Assembly (NCBI GenBank): GCA_964627255.1
Contig: CAZVIN010000083.1
Location: 86,114 to 150,113 of the forward strand
Reading direction: 5' to 3'
Source of the DNA: an uncultured Eubacteriales bacterium
GTDB taxonomy: Bacteria; Acidobacteriota; Aminicenantia; Aminicenantales; CALLJL01
Length of the DNA stretch: 64,000 nucleotides
Shown: positions 8,129-17,311 of the stretch, in pieces
How the letters are laid out: the number at the start of each line of letters is the position of its first letter
Numbering within the stretch: the first letter of the stretch is position 1
Notes under the pieces: generated by a model
Database searches by the model: none
The model's input: only the letters and a program-made list of their open reading frames with translations
Told to the model about the DNA's origin: nothing
Position numbers and translations under genes: made by a program

Positions 8129-10492
8129 TTAAAAAGCTTCGTGTTCAGTGCGGCGGATAATTTCGTCCTGTAGTTCCTTGCTCAAGTCAACAAAATAATC
8201 GCTAAAACCAGCGACCCGAACAATTAGGTCTCGGTATTTTTCGGGGTAGCGCTGCGCTTCCCGCAGAGTTTCGGCTGTGACCACGTTGAGCTGAATGTGG
8301 TGGCCGTCAAGCCGGAAATAGGTTCTGATAAGATGTGCCAGGTTTTTGAGCCCGTCTTCTGTAGCTAAAAGTTGCGGCGTAAATTTTTGATTAAGCAAAG
8401 TTCCGCCTGTCCGAAGATGGTCGATCTTGGCCACGGACTTTATTACGGCTGTCGGGCCTTTGCGGTCAGCTCCCTGAACCGGGGAGACTCCCTCGGAAAG
8501 GGGTTGGTGCGCTAAGCGGCCGTCGGGAGTTGCGCCGGTCATCTTGCCAAAATAGACATGAACTGTTGTCGGTAAAAGGTTAATGCGATAAGTCCCGCCC
8601 TTCAAATTCGGCCGACCGTTAACTGCCCGGTAATAAATTTCAAATACTTGTCGGAGTAGGCTGTCGGCATAATCATTATCATTTCCATACTTAGGTGTTT
8701 TATTCAGCAGGACTTGGCGCCAGGCCTCAGAACCTTCGAAGTTACGGGACAAAAGCTCCAGAAATTCAGCCATCGAGGTCGACCGTTTATCAAAAACATG
8801 GAAGCGAAGGGCGCTTAAGGAATCAGTAATTGTGCCCATCCCAACCCCCTGGATGTAAGAGGTATTATAGCGGGCACCTCCGTCATGATAATCTTTGGCT
8901 TTGTCAATACAGTCGTCGATCAGCAAGGAAAGGAACGGGGCGGGCAGATATTCCGCATAAATCCTTTCGATAATGTTGTTGCCACGAATTTTAATATCAA
9001 TAAAATGTCTCACCTGCCGCTCGAAAGCCAACAGCAGCTCGTCGAAAGTTTTAAAATTTCTGGGGTCTCCAGTTTCCAAGCCGATTTTTTTGCCGGTCCT
9101 GGGGTCAATGCCGTTGTTCAGTGTGATTTCAAGGACCTTGGGCAGGTTAAAATATCCTGTCAAGATGTAAGCTTCCTTCCCAAAAATTCCAGCCTCCACA
9201 CAACCGCTCGCCCCACCCGACCGAGCATCTTCCAAAGATTTTCCTTGACGCAGCATTTCCTGAATGATGGCGTCGGTGTTAAAAATAGACGGCTGGCCGA
9301 AACCAGTTTTAAGGATTTTTAGAGCGCGCAACAGGAATTCGTCCGGGGTCTTTTTACTGATTTGCACCATCGAGCTGGGCTGGATGAGACGCATTTCTTC
9401 AATCACATCCAATATTAAGAAAGAAAGTTCATTGACTCCATCCGCGCCGTCATTTTTAACCCCGCCCAGATTAATCAGGCAAAAATCAGTATAGGTGGCG
9501 CTTTCTTCCGCGGTGACACCCACCTTAGGAGGAGCGGGCTGATTATTAAATTTAATCCAGAAGGCCTGGAGCAGCTCTCTCGCCTTTTCTTCCGTCAAAG
9601 TGCCTTCTTCTAACCCCTTTTTATAAAAAGGATAAAGATGCTGGTCTAAGCGGCCAGGATTAAAGGAATCCCAAGTGTTGAGTTCGGTTATAACCCCAAG
9701 ATGAACAAACCAGTAATATTGCAGAGCTTCCCAAAAATCACGGGGCGGGTTTTCGGGTACCCAAGAACAAATTTCAGCCAGGCGTTCCAACTCGGCCTTC
9801 CGCTGAGGGTCTTTTTCTTCGGCAGCTAATGCTCGGGCTTTTTGGGCATAGCGGTGGGCATACATGATGAGAGCGTCCGCCACAATTTCCATGGCCTTCA
9901 ACTCTTCCCTTTTTTTTAAGACTTCCGGGTCATTGAATTCATCCAGCCGGCGTCTTGAAGCCGCGATATCCCTTTTTAGGTCCTTAAAGCCCTTCCGGTA
10001 TATTTTATCGTCTAAGACTGTATGGCCTGGAGCCCGCTGCTCCATGAACTCGGTGAAGATGCCAGCTTCATAGGCATCTTTCCATTCCGCGGTCATCTCC
10101 GCAAAGATTTTTTCTCTGATTGTTTTCCCTTGCCAAAAAGGAATGATTTTTTCTCTATAGATTCTTTTTGTTTCCTCCTCTACCAGAAAGGGGGTTTTGC
10201 GACGGCTGTTAAGAATCTCTAAATCCTGTAAAGAATGGCAGGTGACCTCAGGATAAGTCGGAGTGGCCTTAGGAGCCGGCCCTCTTTCGCCGACAATAAG
10301 CTCGCCTTCGTCGAGCCAAAGAGCTTTTTTTTCTAAGAGATGACGAAAAGCCAGAGCTCTTTTTACCGCCGGAGAAAGGGTCGGGTCATTATTCTCTTGA
10401 TAAAATTCAGTCAAAAGCAAGGCTCTTTCGGGAGTGATATAAGGTTTAGTGTTAAGACTCTTTTCCCTGAGACGGGCAATTCTTTGATTCAT
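8129..10492 (-). CDS. Glycyl radical enzyme, PFL2/eliminase-like family (787 aa); substrate unknown
   Basis: C-terminal glycine-radical motif 'RVAGFSDYFVDL'. Thiyl-radical loop 'SGGASGCVEAGIFG' (Cys-x-Glu as in glycerol/choline/hydroxyproline-type eliminases, not the CC of pyruvate formate-lyase). Size and layout match the PFL2 family. Confidence 0.85.
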   Translation of the reverse strand: MNQRIARLREKSLNTKPYITPERALLLTEFYQENNDPTLSPAVKRALAFRHLLEKKALWLDEGELIVGERGPAPKATPTYPEVTCHSLQDLEILNSRRKTPFLVEEETKRIYREKIIPFWQGKTIREKIFAEMTAEWKDAYEAGIFTEFMEQRAPGHTVLDDKIYRKGFKDLKRDIAASRRRLDEFNDPEVLKKREELKAMEIVADALIMYAHRYAQKARALAAEEKDPQRKAELERLAEICSWVPENPPRDFWEALQYYWFVHLGVITELNTWDSFNPGRLDQHLYPFYKKGLEEGTLTEEKARELLQAFWIKFNNQPAPPKVGVTAEESATYTDFCLINLGGVKNDGADGVNELSFLILDVIEEMRLIQPSSMVQISKKTPDEFLLRALKILKTGFGQPSIFNTDAIIQEMLRQGKSLEDARSGGASGCVEAGIFGKEAYILTGYFNLPKVLEITLNNGIDPRTGKKIGLETGDPRNFKTFDELLLAFERQVRHFIDIKIRGNNIIERIYAEYLPAPFLSLLIDDCIDKAKDYHDGGARYNTSYIQGVGMGTITDSLSALRFHVFDKRSTSMAEFLELLSRNFEGSEAWRQVLLNKTPKYGNDNDYADSLLRQVFEIYYRAVNGRPNLKGGTYRINLLPTTVHVYFGKMTGATPDGRLAHQPLSEGVSPVQGADRKGPTAVIKSVAKIDHLRTGGTLLNQKFTPQLLATEDGLKNLAHLIRTYFRLDGHHIQLNVVTAETLREAQRYPEKYRDLIVRVAGFSDYFVDLSKELQDEIIRRTEHEAF

Positions 10493-10494
10493 CC

Positions 10495-11403
10495 TTAACC
10501 TCCTATGGAGATAGGCAATTTAGTTTTATTAAAAAAATGGGCGATTTTTTCCATGGATTCAAGCGAAGGCTTTTTAAGCTCAGCTAATTGATAACTGCGG
10601 CCCAAGCGGGTGTATTTTTCCTTACCAAAAGAATGGTAAGGCAAAAGCTCTATGCCCTTAATCGGGGGGAGAGAGGAAATAAAAGAGGCCATCTGAACTA
10701 AATTGGCTTCATCATCATTGATTGAGGGAACGACGGGAATGCGAATAACGACTTTATCTGTGAGCCGAGCTAAGCTTATCAGGTTTTCTAATATTAGTTC
10801 ATTTCTTAAACCTGTAGCTAAGCGGTGTCTTTCCGGGTCCATTAATTTCAGGTCATAAAGAAAGAGGTCGACCAACGTCCAAATTCGCTTGAAAACTTTA
10901 AAGGGGGCATAGCCTGAGGTATCAACTGTGGTTGAGAGCCGATTTTTCTTGCTGAGTTCGAGAAGTTCCTCTAAGAACTCAGCTTGAAGAAGCGGTTCAC
11001 CTCCAGAGAAGGTCACGCCGCCCCCAGATTCCTCATAAAACGGAGAATCCTTCATGACCTCGGCCATTACTTCAGCAGCCGTCATTTTCTTGCCTACTAT
11101 TTCCAGGGCTTCTGAGGGGCAAATCTCGGCACAGAGGCCACAACAATCGCAGCGTTGCGCCTCGATTAGGGGCGAGACGCCGGGTTTAGAGATTGCCCCT
11201 TGAGGGCATTTTTCTAAACAGAGCTGACAGCCATCAAGGCAGCGGTTGAGTCGAAGCATAAGCTCTGGTCCGATTTTTTGGCCCTCTGGATTATGGCACC
11301 AGAGGCAGCGAAGGGGGCAACCTTTGAAAAAAATAGTTGTTCGAATTCCAGGTCCGTCGTGGAGGGCGTACTTTTTGATGTCGAACACAATCCCCTGAGT
11401 CAA
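10495..11403 (-). CDS. Glycyl-radical enzyme activating enzyme (radical SAM, with extra ferredoxin-like Cys clusters)
   Basis: 'CPLRCLWCHNPE' CxxxCxxC radical-SAM motif, plus 'CxxCxxxC' ferredoxin-type clusters ('CDCCGLCAEICP'). 302 aa. Lies 2 nt upstream of the glycyl radical enzyme on the same strand. Confidence 0.85.
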   Translation of the reverse strand: MTQGIVFDIKKYALHDGPGIRTTIFFKGCPLRCLWCHNPEGQKIGPELMLRLNRCLDGCQLCLEKCPQGAISKPGVSPLIEAQRCDCCGLCAEICPSEALEIVGKKMTAAEVMAEVMKDSPFYEESGGGVTFSGGEPLLQAEFLEELLELSKKNRLSTTVDTSGYAPFKVFKRIWTLVDLFLYDLKLMDPERHRLATGLRNELILENLISLARLTDKVVIRIPVVPSINDDEANLVQMASFISSLPPIKGIELLPYHSFGKEKYTRLGRSYQLAELKKPSLESMEKIAHFFNKTKLPISIGG

Positions 11404-12092
11404 AGTTCACCCCCAGTCGCGGTTTTTTCTACCGGGTAATATTTTAAGATATAACTTTTTTGAACTTCGAAGGACCAGTGGACGTCCCGAATAAATCGGG
11501 CGGCCGCCTCATAATCCTTTCGTTGCAGAAAACCGAGCAGATGTTCATGCTCCCTTATTGAGGCTTCCTCCCATTCCCGGATATAGGCTGGCTGACGGGG
11601 AAAATCGTAAAGTCTTTTTTTGAGGGTGTTGACGATGCGATTTAATTCGGGATTATGACAACGGGATAAATAAACATTATGAAATTCAAGATTACGCTCA
11701 TAATAGGTATCAAAGTCGTCTCGGCTGAGAGCTTTTTTCATTCCTTCAACAAGCTTTAACATGGTTTCTAAATCTTTTTCGCTGATGCTAGGACCAGCTC
11801 TCAGAATAGCCAAGCTTTCCAAGGCACCGATGACCTCATAGGCATTTTTAATCTCCTCAAGAGTGAGCGGGTTGACTATTACCCCCCGCCGTGGTTTGAT
11901 CGTCACAAAGTTTTCCATAGCTAATTGCAGAAGAGCATCTCTTAAGGGAGTCTTGCTGATTCCCAGCGATTGGGCTGTTTCCTCCATCTTGATTTCTTCA
12001 CCTGGTTTTAGCCTACCGCGGCGTAACTGGAGCCGGAGATAATCGTAGACCTGTTCTTTGAGAGATTTAAAAGTTAGCCGAGGATTACGCAT
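11400..12092 (-). CDS. GntR-family transcriptional regulator (FadR/FCD-type C-terminal domain)
   Basis: N-terminal winged HTH 'EETAQSLGISKTPLRDALLQLAMENFVTIKPRRGVIV'. Helical C-terminal FCD-like domain. ATGA overlap with the activase gene. Confidence 0.8.
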   Translation of the reverse strand: MRNPRLTFKSLKEQVYDYLRLQLRRGRLKPGEEIKMEETAQSLGISKTPLRDALLQLAMENFVTIKPRRGVIVNPLTLEEIKNAYEVIGALESLAILRAGPSISEKDLETMLKLVEGMKKALSRDDFDTYYERNLEFHNVYLSRCHNPELNRIVNTLKKRLYDFPRQPAYIREWEEASIREHEHLLGFLQRKDYEAAARFIRDVHWSFEVQKSYILKYYPVEKTATGGEL

Positions 12093-12101
12093 CGTCGTTT
12101 T

Positions 12102-12128
12102 TATATCTGATATGTAAAATATCAGATA
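12102..12128. promoter_or_regulatory. Perfect 11-bp inverted repeat ATATCTGATAT-N5-ATATCAGATAT; candidate GntR operator
   Basis: Read directly at 12102-12128, about 10-35 bp upstream of the GntR start codon (12092, minus strand). GntR/FadR operators are typically palindromes of this size. Confidence 0.5.
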
Positions 12129-12318
12129 TTAGAGCTTTTGTCAAGTCTTTTTTCCCTCTGCGCCCTAATCAATTCATTCAAATGATATTAAAAAAATCTT
12201 TTCCGGAGGCAAAGATTTTCACCTCCAGGCTCAAACTCTGAGAGAATAAGACCTTCTTTTTTGGATTTTTATTTCCGGTTCAAAAAACGATAGGCTGGGC
12301 GGTGGGAATTCCTTCTAT

Positions 12319-12675
12319 CTAAGGGCGGAGTTGGGTGAAAAATTGGCTGATTTCAGCCGTCACAAAAGGCTTATTGATAATTCCTAAGTGCGGAACCTGA
12401 CGGGCTCTATTTAAAATTAGCTCATCATTATAGGCTGTAATATAAACAAGCTGGTAAGGACCGTTGGCTTGAATTATCTTAGCGGCCTCGATGCCATCCA
12501 GTCTTCCTTTTAGTTTAATATCCATAAAAATCAGGTTTGGCCTTTTTGTCTTAAGCCAGCTTAAACCCTCTTCGGCCGAAGAGGCCACCTGAACTTCCTT
12601 AGCGCCAAGAGAACGGACGAGAAAAGCCAAATCCATGGCCACTATGGCTTCATCCTCGATGATTAAGACTCGCAT
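12319..12675 (-). CDS. Single-domain response regulator (CheY-like receiver)
   Basis: 'MRVLIIEDEAIVAMDL...IFMDIKLKGRLDGIEAAKII...LVYITAY'. The likely start is the internal Met; the six-frame ORF extends to 12720. Confidence 0.75.
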   Translation of the reverse strand: MRVLIIEDEAIVAMDLAFLVRSLGAKEVQVASSAEEGLSWLKTKRPNLIFMDIKLKGRLDGIEAAKIIQANGPYQLVYITAYNDELILNRARQVPHLGIINKPFVTAEISQFFTQLRP

Positions 12676-12783
12676 CGGGAAAAACTCGCCATTTCGGGCA
12701 ATAAAAATAGATGAAACCATATAAAATTCACCAATAATTAAGTCGCATAAGGAAGGAGAATTTCGGAAACTTAGTTAAAAAAA

Positions 12784-12858
<75 letters not shown>

Positions 12859-12975
12859 TTCTTCGAAATTATACCACATTTTTTGCTCCTGTCAAAGGAG
12901 AATACTCTTTAGACCAAAGATTTTTAATCTTGTTTGACAAAATTTCTTGACATCGATTTTTAATCATAAATATAA

Positions 12976-13485
12976 TTGATGGCCGAAAAAATGGCTGCGT
13001 TCTTATTTTTCCTTTTCGCCATCGTTAGTTTGGCCGCAATTATGGGGATGATCTTTTCTCGGCACCAAGCCCACAACGCTCTTTTCTTGGCCGTAGCATT
13101 CACCGCCTTAGGCGGCCTCTTTGCCTTGCTTAATGCTCCCTTTATTGCGGCGGTTCAAATTATTATTTATGCCGGCGCCATCATGGTCCTTTTTATATTT
13201 GTGATCATGATGATCGACCTTCGTCAGCCTTTACCGGCTGCCAAGAAAAGATGGATATATTGGCTTGGCGCGGGGCTCATGATTGTTGTCCTCACAGAAC
13301 TACTTTTTGTTCTGCGTTCTCTTCCTTCGGTCAACAGCAGCGCCGAGCCTGATTTTGGTAGCCCGAGGGCCTTGGGACAAATTCTTTTCACTAAATATCT
13401 TTATGCTTTTGAAATTACTTCCATCCTCATCGTGGCCGCCCTTGTCGGCTCTCTTTATTTAGCACGCAGGAAGGAGAAGGACTAA
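12976..13485 (+). CDS. nuoJ: NADH-quinone oxidoreductase subunit J
   Basis: Hydrophobic 169-aa protein with the NuoJ/ND6-like pattern. First gene of a tightly packed J-K-L-M-N series. Confidence 0.75.
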   Translation: MMAEKMAAFLFFLFAIVSLAAIMGMIFSRHQAHNALFLAVAFTALGGLFALLNAPFIAAVQIIIYAGAIMVLFIFVIMMIDLRQPLPAAKKRWIYWLGAGLMIVVLTELLFVLRSLPSVNSSAEPDFGSPRALGQILFTKYLYAFEITSILIVAALVGSLYLARRKEKD

Positions 13486-13784
13486 TGCCGCCAGCCTCAT
13501 TTTTTATTCTGAGCTGTGTGCTTTTCTCGATGGGCGGGGTGGCCTTTTTAATCAAACGCGACTTGATTACCCAATTTATGGCCATCGAAATAATGCTCAA
13601 TGGAGCCAATTTAGCCCTCGTGGCGGCCGCCAAACTCTGGGGGTCTCTGGCCGGTCAAGTGCTTGTTTTCTTCGTAATTACGGTGGCCGCGGCCGAAGCG
13701 GCGGTCGGCTTGGCCATCATCCTTTTGATTTATCGCCAGAAAAAAAATATCAGGTCTGAGGAGATTAATCAGCTGAAGGGTTAG
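13485..13784 (+). CDS. nuoK: NADH-quinone oxidoreductase subunit K
   Basis: 99 aa, three TM helices, 'FFVITVAAAEAAVGLAIIL' (NuoK/ND4L signature with conserved Glu). Confidence 0.8.
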   Translation: MPPASFFILSCVLFSMGGVAFLIKRDLITQFMAIEIMLNGANLALVAAAKLWGSLAGQVLVFFVITVAAAEAAVGLAIILLIYRQKKNIRSEEINQLKG

Positions 13785-13785
13785 G

Positions 13786-15693
13786 ATGAGTGAGTATTTT
13801 TGGTTAATCCCCTTTTTTCCAGCGGTTAGTTCTCTTATTCTGGTTATTTTTGGCCGCTGGCTGCCCAAAAAATATGTTTCTATCCAGGCTCCACTGGCTG
13901 TCTTTCTTTCTTTTCTTTTTGGGCTAAAAGCTTTTCTCTCTCTAAACCAATCTCACCTCGAGACGGAAGGGCCGGCCTTGGTTAAGACTCTTTTCTCCTG
14001 GATTCACTCTGGCCAGTTTCAGATAGATTTTACGTTCTGGTTTGACCCGTTAACGGCAGTCATGGTGCTGGTGGTAAGCGGTGTTGGTTTTATTATTCAT
14101 GTGTATTCCGTTGGTTATATGGCCGAAGACAGAAGTTACACCCGTTATTTTAGCCTACTCAATCTTTTTACCTTCGCCATGCTCCTCCTGGTTATGTCTC
14201 AGAATGTCGTCCTGATGTTCGTCGGTTGGGAAGGAGTCGGCCTTTGTTCCTATCTTTTAATCGGCTTTTGGTTTGAAAAACCGGCGGCGGCCAGCGCCGG
14301 CAAAAAAGCCTTTATCGTTAACCGGATTGGCGACGCTGCCTTTATACTGGGTATCTTTTTCCTTATTATTAACTTGAAAACAGCTTCTTTTCCGGAGATT
14401 AACCATGCCCTTTTGAGCGGTCAAGTTTCTCCGGCTTTGGCCACACTCATCGGCCTGTTGTTGTTTATCGGGGCCACGGGAAAATCAGCTCAGATTCCCC
14501 TCTATGTTTGGTTGCCTGATGCTATGGAAGGTCCGACCCCTGTAAGTGCTCTGATCCATGCGGCGACCATGGTAACGGCGGGCGTTTATATGGTTTCACG
14601 GTTCAACCTGCTTTACAGTTACTCCTCCGCTGCTTCTGACGTGATAGCGATAATCGGGGCCTTAACCGCTGTTTATGCCGGAACAATTGCTCTAACTCAG
14701 AATGATATCAAGCGCGTCCTCGCCTATTCGACGATTTCTCAGATTGGCTATATGTTTCTTGGTTGTGGAGTCGGCGCCTATGCTGCGGGTATGTTTCATC
14801 TTTATACCCATGCCTTTTTTAAGAGTCTTCTTTTCTTGGCTGCGGGCAGCGTGATGCATGCCCTTTCTGGTGAGTTGGACATGAGGAAAATGGGCGGACT
14901 AAAAAAATATCTTCCGCTCACCTACCCCACTTTTCTAATCGGCGCGATCACTATTGCTGGCGTTCCCTTCTTTTCGGGCTTCTTCTCGAAGGACGCTATC
15001 CTAACGCAATGTTATGCTCAAGGCAAATACCTTCTTTGGGCTCTCGGCCTTGTCGGCGCGGTTATAACAGCCTTTTATATGTTTCGCCTTATTTTCCTCA
15101 CTTTTCACGGCCAGGAACGCTTCTCAGCTGAAGTTCGACATCATCTCCGCGAATCGCCTCCTGTAATGACTATTCCGTTAATTATTCTTGCCTTTTTCTC
15201 CGTGGTCGCTGGTTACGTTGGCCTGCCCGTAGTCTTTGGTCATAACCTAAACTGGTTTGAACAATTCTTAGAGCCGGTTATAAAAGGAAAAGCCGAAGCT
15301 CATCTAACTCTGAGTATGGAATGGCTTTTAATCATCGTTTCGGTAGCGGTCGCCCTAACCGGCATCGCCCTCGCCTACCTGCTTTATCAAAAATCACCCT
15401 TGCTTCCCCATCAACTGGTCCGTCGTTTTCCTCGTTTCTATCGCCTTCTTCTCAATAAATACTATGTTGATGAAATTTATGAGGCGGCCTTTGTTCAACC
15501 CTTGGTTCGTGGTTCTGAGGCGATTTATTATGGCTTTGACCTGCCAGTAATTGATGGGGCCGTTAATGGCTCGGCCCGGTTGACGGCCTTTTTCGGGAGG
15601 ATTTTGAGCCTGTTTCAAACTGGGCAAGTGAGGGATTACGCTCTTATTTTCCTTATAGGAGTGGCGCTAATATTAGGTTTGGTTATATTTTAA
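13786..15693 (+). CDS. nuoL: NADH-quinone oxidoreductase subunit L
   Basis: 635 aa antiporter-like subunit with the long C-terminal extension typical of NuoL/ND5. Confidence 0.8.
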   Translation: MSEYFWLIPFFPAVSSLILVIFGRWLPKKYVSIQAPLAVFLSFLFGLKAFLSLNQSHLETEGPALVKTLFSWIHSGQFQIDFTFWFDPLTAVMVLVVSGVGFIIHVYSVGYMAEDRSYTRYFSLLNLFTFAMLLLVMSQNVVLMFVGWEGVGLCSYLLIGFWFEKPAAASAGKKAFIVNRIGDAAFILGIFFLIINLKTASFPEINHALLSGQVSPALATLIGLLLFIGATGKSAQIPLYVWLPDAMEGPTPVSALIHAATMVTAGVYMVSRFNLLYSYSSAASDVIAIIGALTAVYAGTIALTQNDIKRVLAYSTISQIGYMFLGCGVGAYAAGMFHLYTHAFFKSLLFLAAGSVMHALSGELDMRKMGGLKKYLPLTYPTFLIGAITIAGVPFFSGFFSKDAILTQCYAQGKYLLWALGLVGAVITAFYMFRLIFLTFHGQERFSAEVRHHLRESPPVMTIPLIILAFFSVVAGYVGLPVVFGHNLNWFEQFLEPVIKGKAEAHLTLSMEWLLIIVSVAVALTGIALAYLLYQKSPLLPHQLVRRFPRFYRLLLNKYYVDEIYEAAFVQPLVRGSEAIYYGFDLPVIDGAVNGSARLTAFFGRILSLFQTGQVRDYALIFLIGVALILGLVIF

Positions 15694-15694
15694 A

Positions 15695-17311
15695 ATGAAT
15701 CTACCAATAATTTCGTTAATCACTTTTTTGCCTCTGGCCGGTGCGGTTATCCTCATTTTTATTCCAGGCGAAAGAAAAGAATGGTCCCGGCTTATCGCCC
15801 TTTTGGTTTCGGTTGTCACGTTCGGGCTGTCCCTTGTTCTTCTGGTTAATTTTGACGCCAGCCAAGCTGAACCTCAATTGGTCGAAAAGGCGGCTTGGCT
15901 TGGCTACGGCATTAATTATCATGTTGGGGTTGACGGATTGAGTTTGCTTCTGATTCTTCTCACTACCTTCCTCTTCCCCATCGCCATTCTTTCAGGCTGG
16001 CGCTACATTGACCAGCGAGTCAAGGAATATCATTTATTCTTGCTCTTTTTGGAGACCGGGATTATCGGAGTATTCGTCGCCTTGAATCTGTTCCTTTTTT
16101 ATGTTTTCTGGGAAGTGATGCTTATCCCGATGTATTTTCTAATCGGTCTTTGGGGAGGCCCGCGGCGAATCTACGCTACCATCAAATTCGTTCTTTTTAC
16201 CATGCTGGGAAGCTTACTCATGCTAGTAGCGATATTTGTTCTTTATAGCTTCTACTACCGGGCTACCGGTATTTATTCCTTCGAATTCGCCGACCTGACC
16301 AAAATGATCCTTCTGCCCAAGGTACAAACTTGGCTCTTCTTAGCTTTTGCCTTGGCCTTTGCGATTAAGGTTCCGATGTTTCCATTCCATACCTGGTTAC
16401 CCGACGCCCACGTGGAAGCACCCACCGCGGGCTCTGTTATCCTGGCGGCCGTCCTCCTCAAGATGGGTGTTTATGGTTTTTTAAGGTTGGCTATGCCTCT
16501 CTTTCCTCAGGCTTTGGCCAAGTTCACTCCCTGGTTGATGGTTTTAAGCCTGATAGGGATTATTTACGGCGGCCTAATGGCCCTGATTCAAAAAGATGTT
16601 AAATCCTTGGTAGCCTATTCAAGTGTTAGCCATATGGGCCTTATTATGTTAGCCCTTTTTTCTCTCAATCCGGAGGCTATCGAGGGTTCGATAATTCAGA
16701 TGGTTAATCATGGGTTGAGCACGGGTGCGCTGTTTTTGATTGTGGGCATTCTTTATGAAAGAGCGCATACGCGGCTGATCAAAGATTACGGAGGCGTCAG
16801 TCGGCAGATGCCGGTTTTATCAGCTTTCTTTTTAGTTTGTATGCTTTCCTCCTTAGGCCTACCAGGGCTAAACGGCTTTGTCGGCGAAATCCTCTGCCTT
16901 TTTGGCGTCTTCCAGGTTAATAAGGTAATGGCTTATTTTGCGGTCAGCACAGTTATTTTGGCGGCTGGCTATCTTTTGTGGATGTACCAGAGAGTCATGC
17001 ATGGGCCAATCGTTCATGATTATGTCCGCTCGTTTCGCGACTTGAACAAGCGCGAAATTATATATTTAGCGCCGGTGGTTCTGATGATGTTCTGGATTGG
17101 CCTCTATCCTAATTTTTTCCTGAGAAAAATGGACACCTCAGTTAATCTTTTCCTTAAGAAAATTCAGGAGCGACAAAAATATTTTGTGTTCCACGCACCG
17201 CCCCACCCGCTAGTGTCCGTTGTTTCTGAAAGTGCTGATTTAAGTGATGGCCTCATCCTCAATAATCAATCAGAGGAAAACGCTAATAACAAGGGAATAA
17301 AGAAGCCATGA
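15695..17311 (+). CDS. nuoM: NADH-quinone oxidoreductase subunit M
   Basis: 538 aa antiporter-like subunit (ND4 family), 'WLPDAHVEAPTAGSVILAAVLLKMG'. Confidence 0.8.
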   Translation: MNLPIISLITFLPLAGAVILIFIPGERKEWSRLIALLVSVVTFGLSLVLLVNFDASQAEPQLVEKAAWLGYGINYHVGVDGLSLLLILLTTFLFPIAILSGWRYIDQRVKEYHLFLLFLETGIIGVFVALNLFLFYVFWEVMLIPMYFLIGLWGGPRRIYATIKFVLFTMLGSLLMLVAIFVLYSFYYRATGIYSFEFADLTKMILLPKVQTWLFLAFALAFAIKVPMFPFHTWLPDAHVEAPTAGSVILAAVLLKMGVYGFLRLAMPLFPQALAKFTPWLMVLSLIGIIYGGLMALIQKDVKSLVAYSSVSHMGLIMLALFSLNPEAIEGSIIQMVNHGLSTGALFLIVGILYERAHTRLIKDYGGVSRQMPVLSAFFLVCMLSSLGLPGLNGFVGEILCLFGVFQVNKVMAYFAVSTVILAAGYLLWMYQRVMHGPIVHDYVRSFRDLNKREIIYLAPVVLMMFWIGLYPNFFLRKMDTSVNLFLKKIQERQKYFVFHAPPHPLVSVVSESADLSDGLILNNQSEENANNKGIKKP

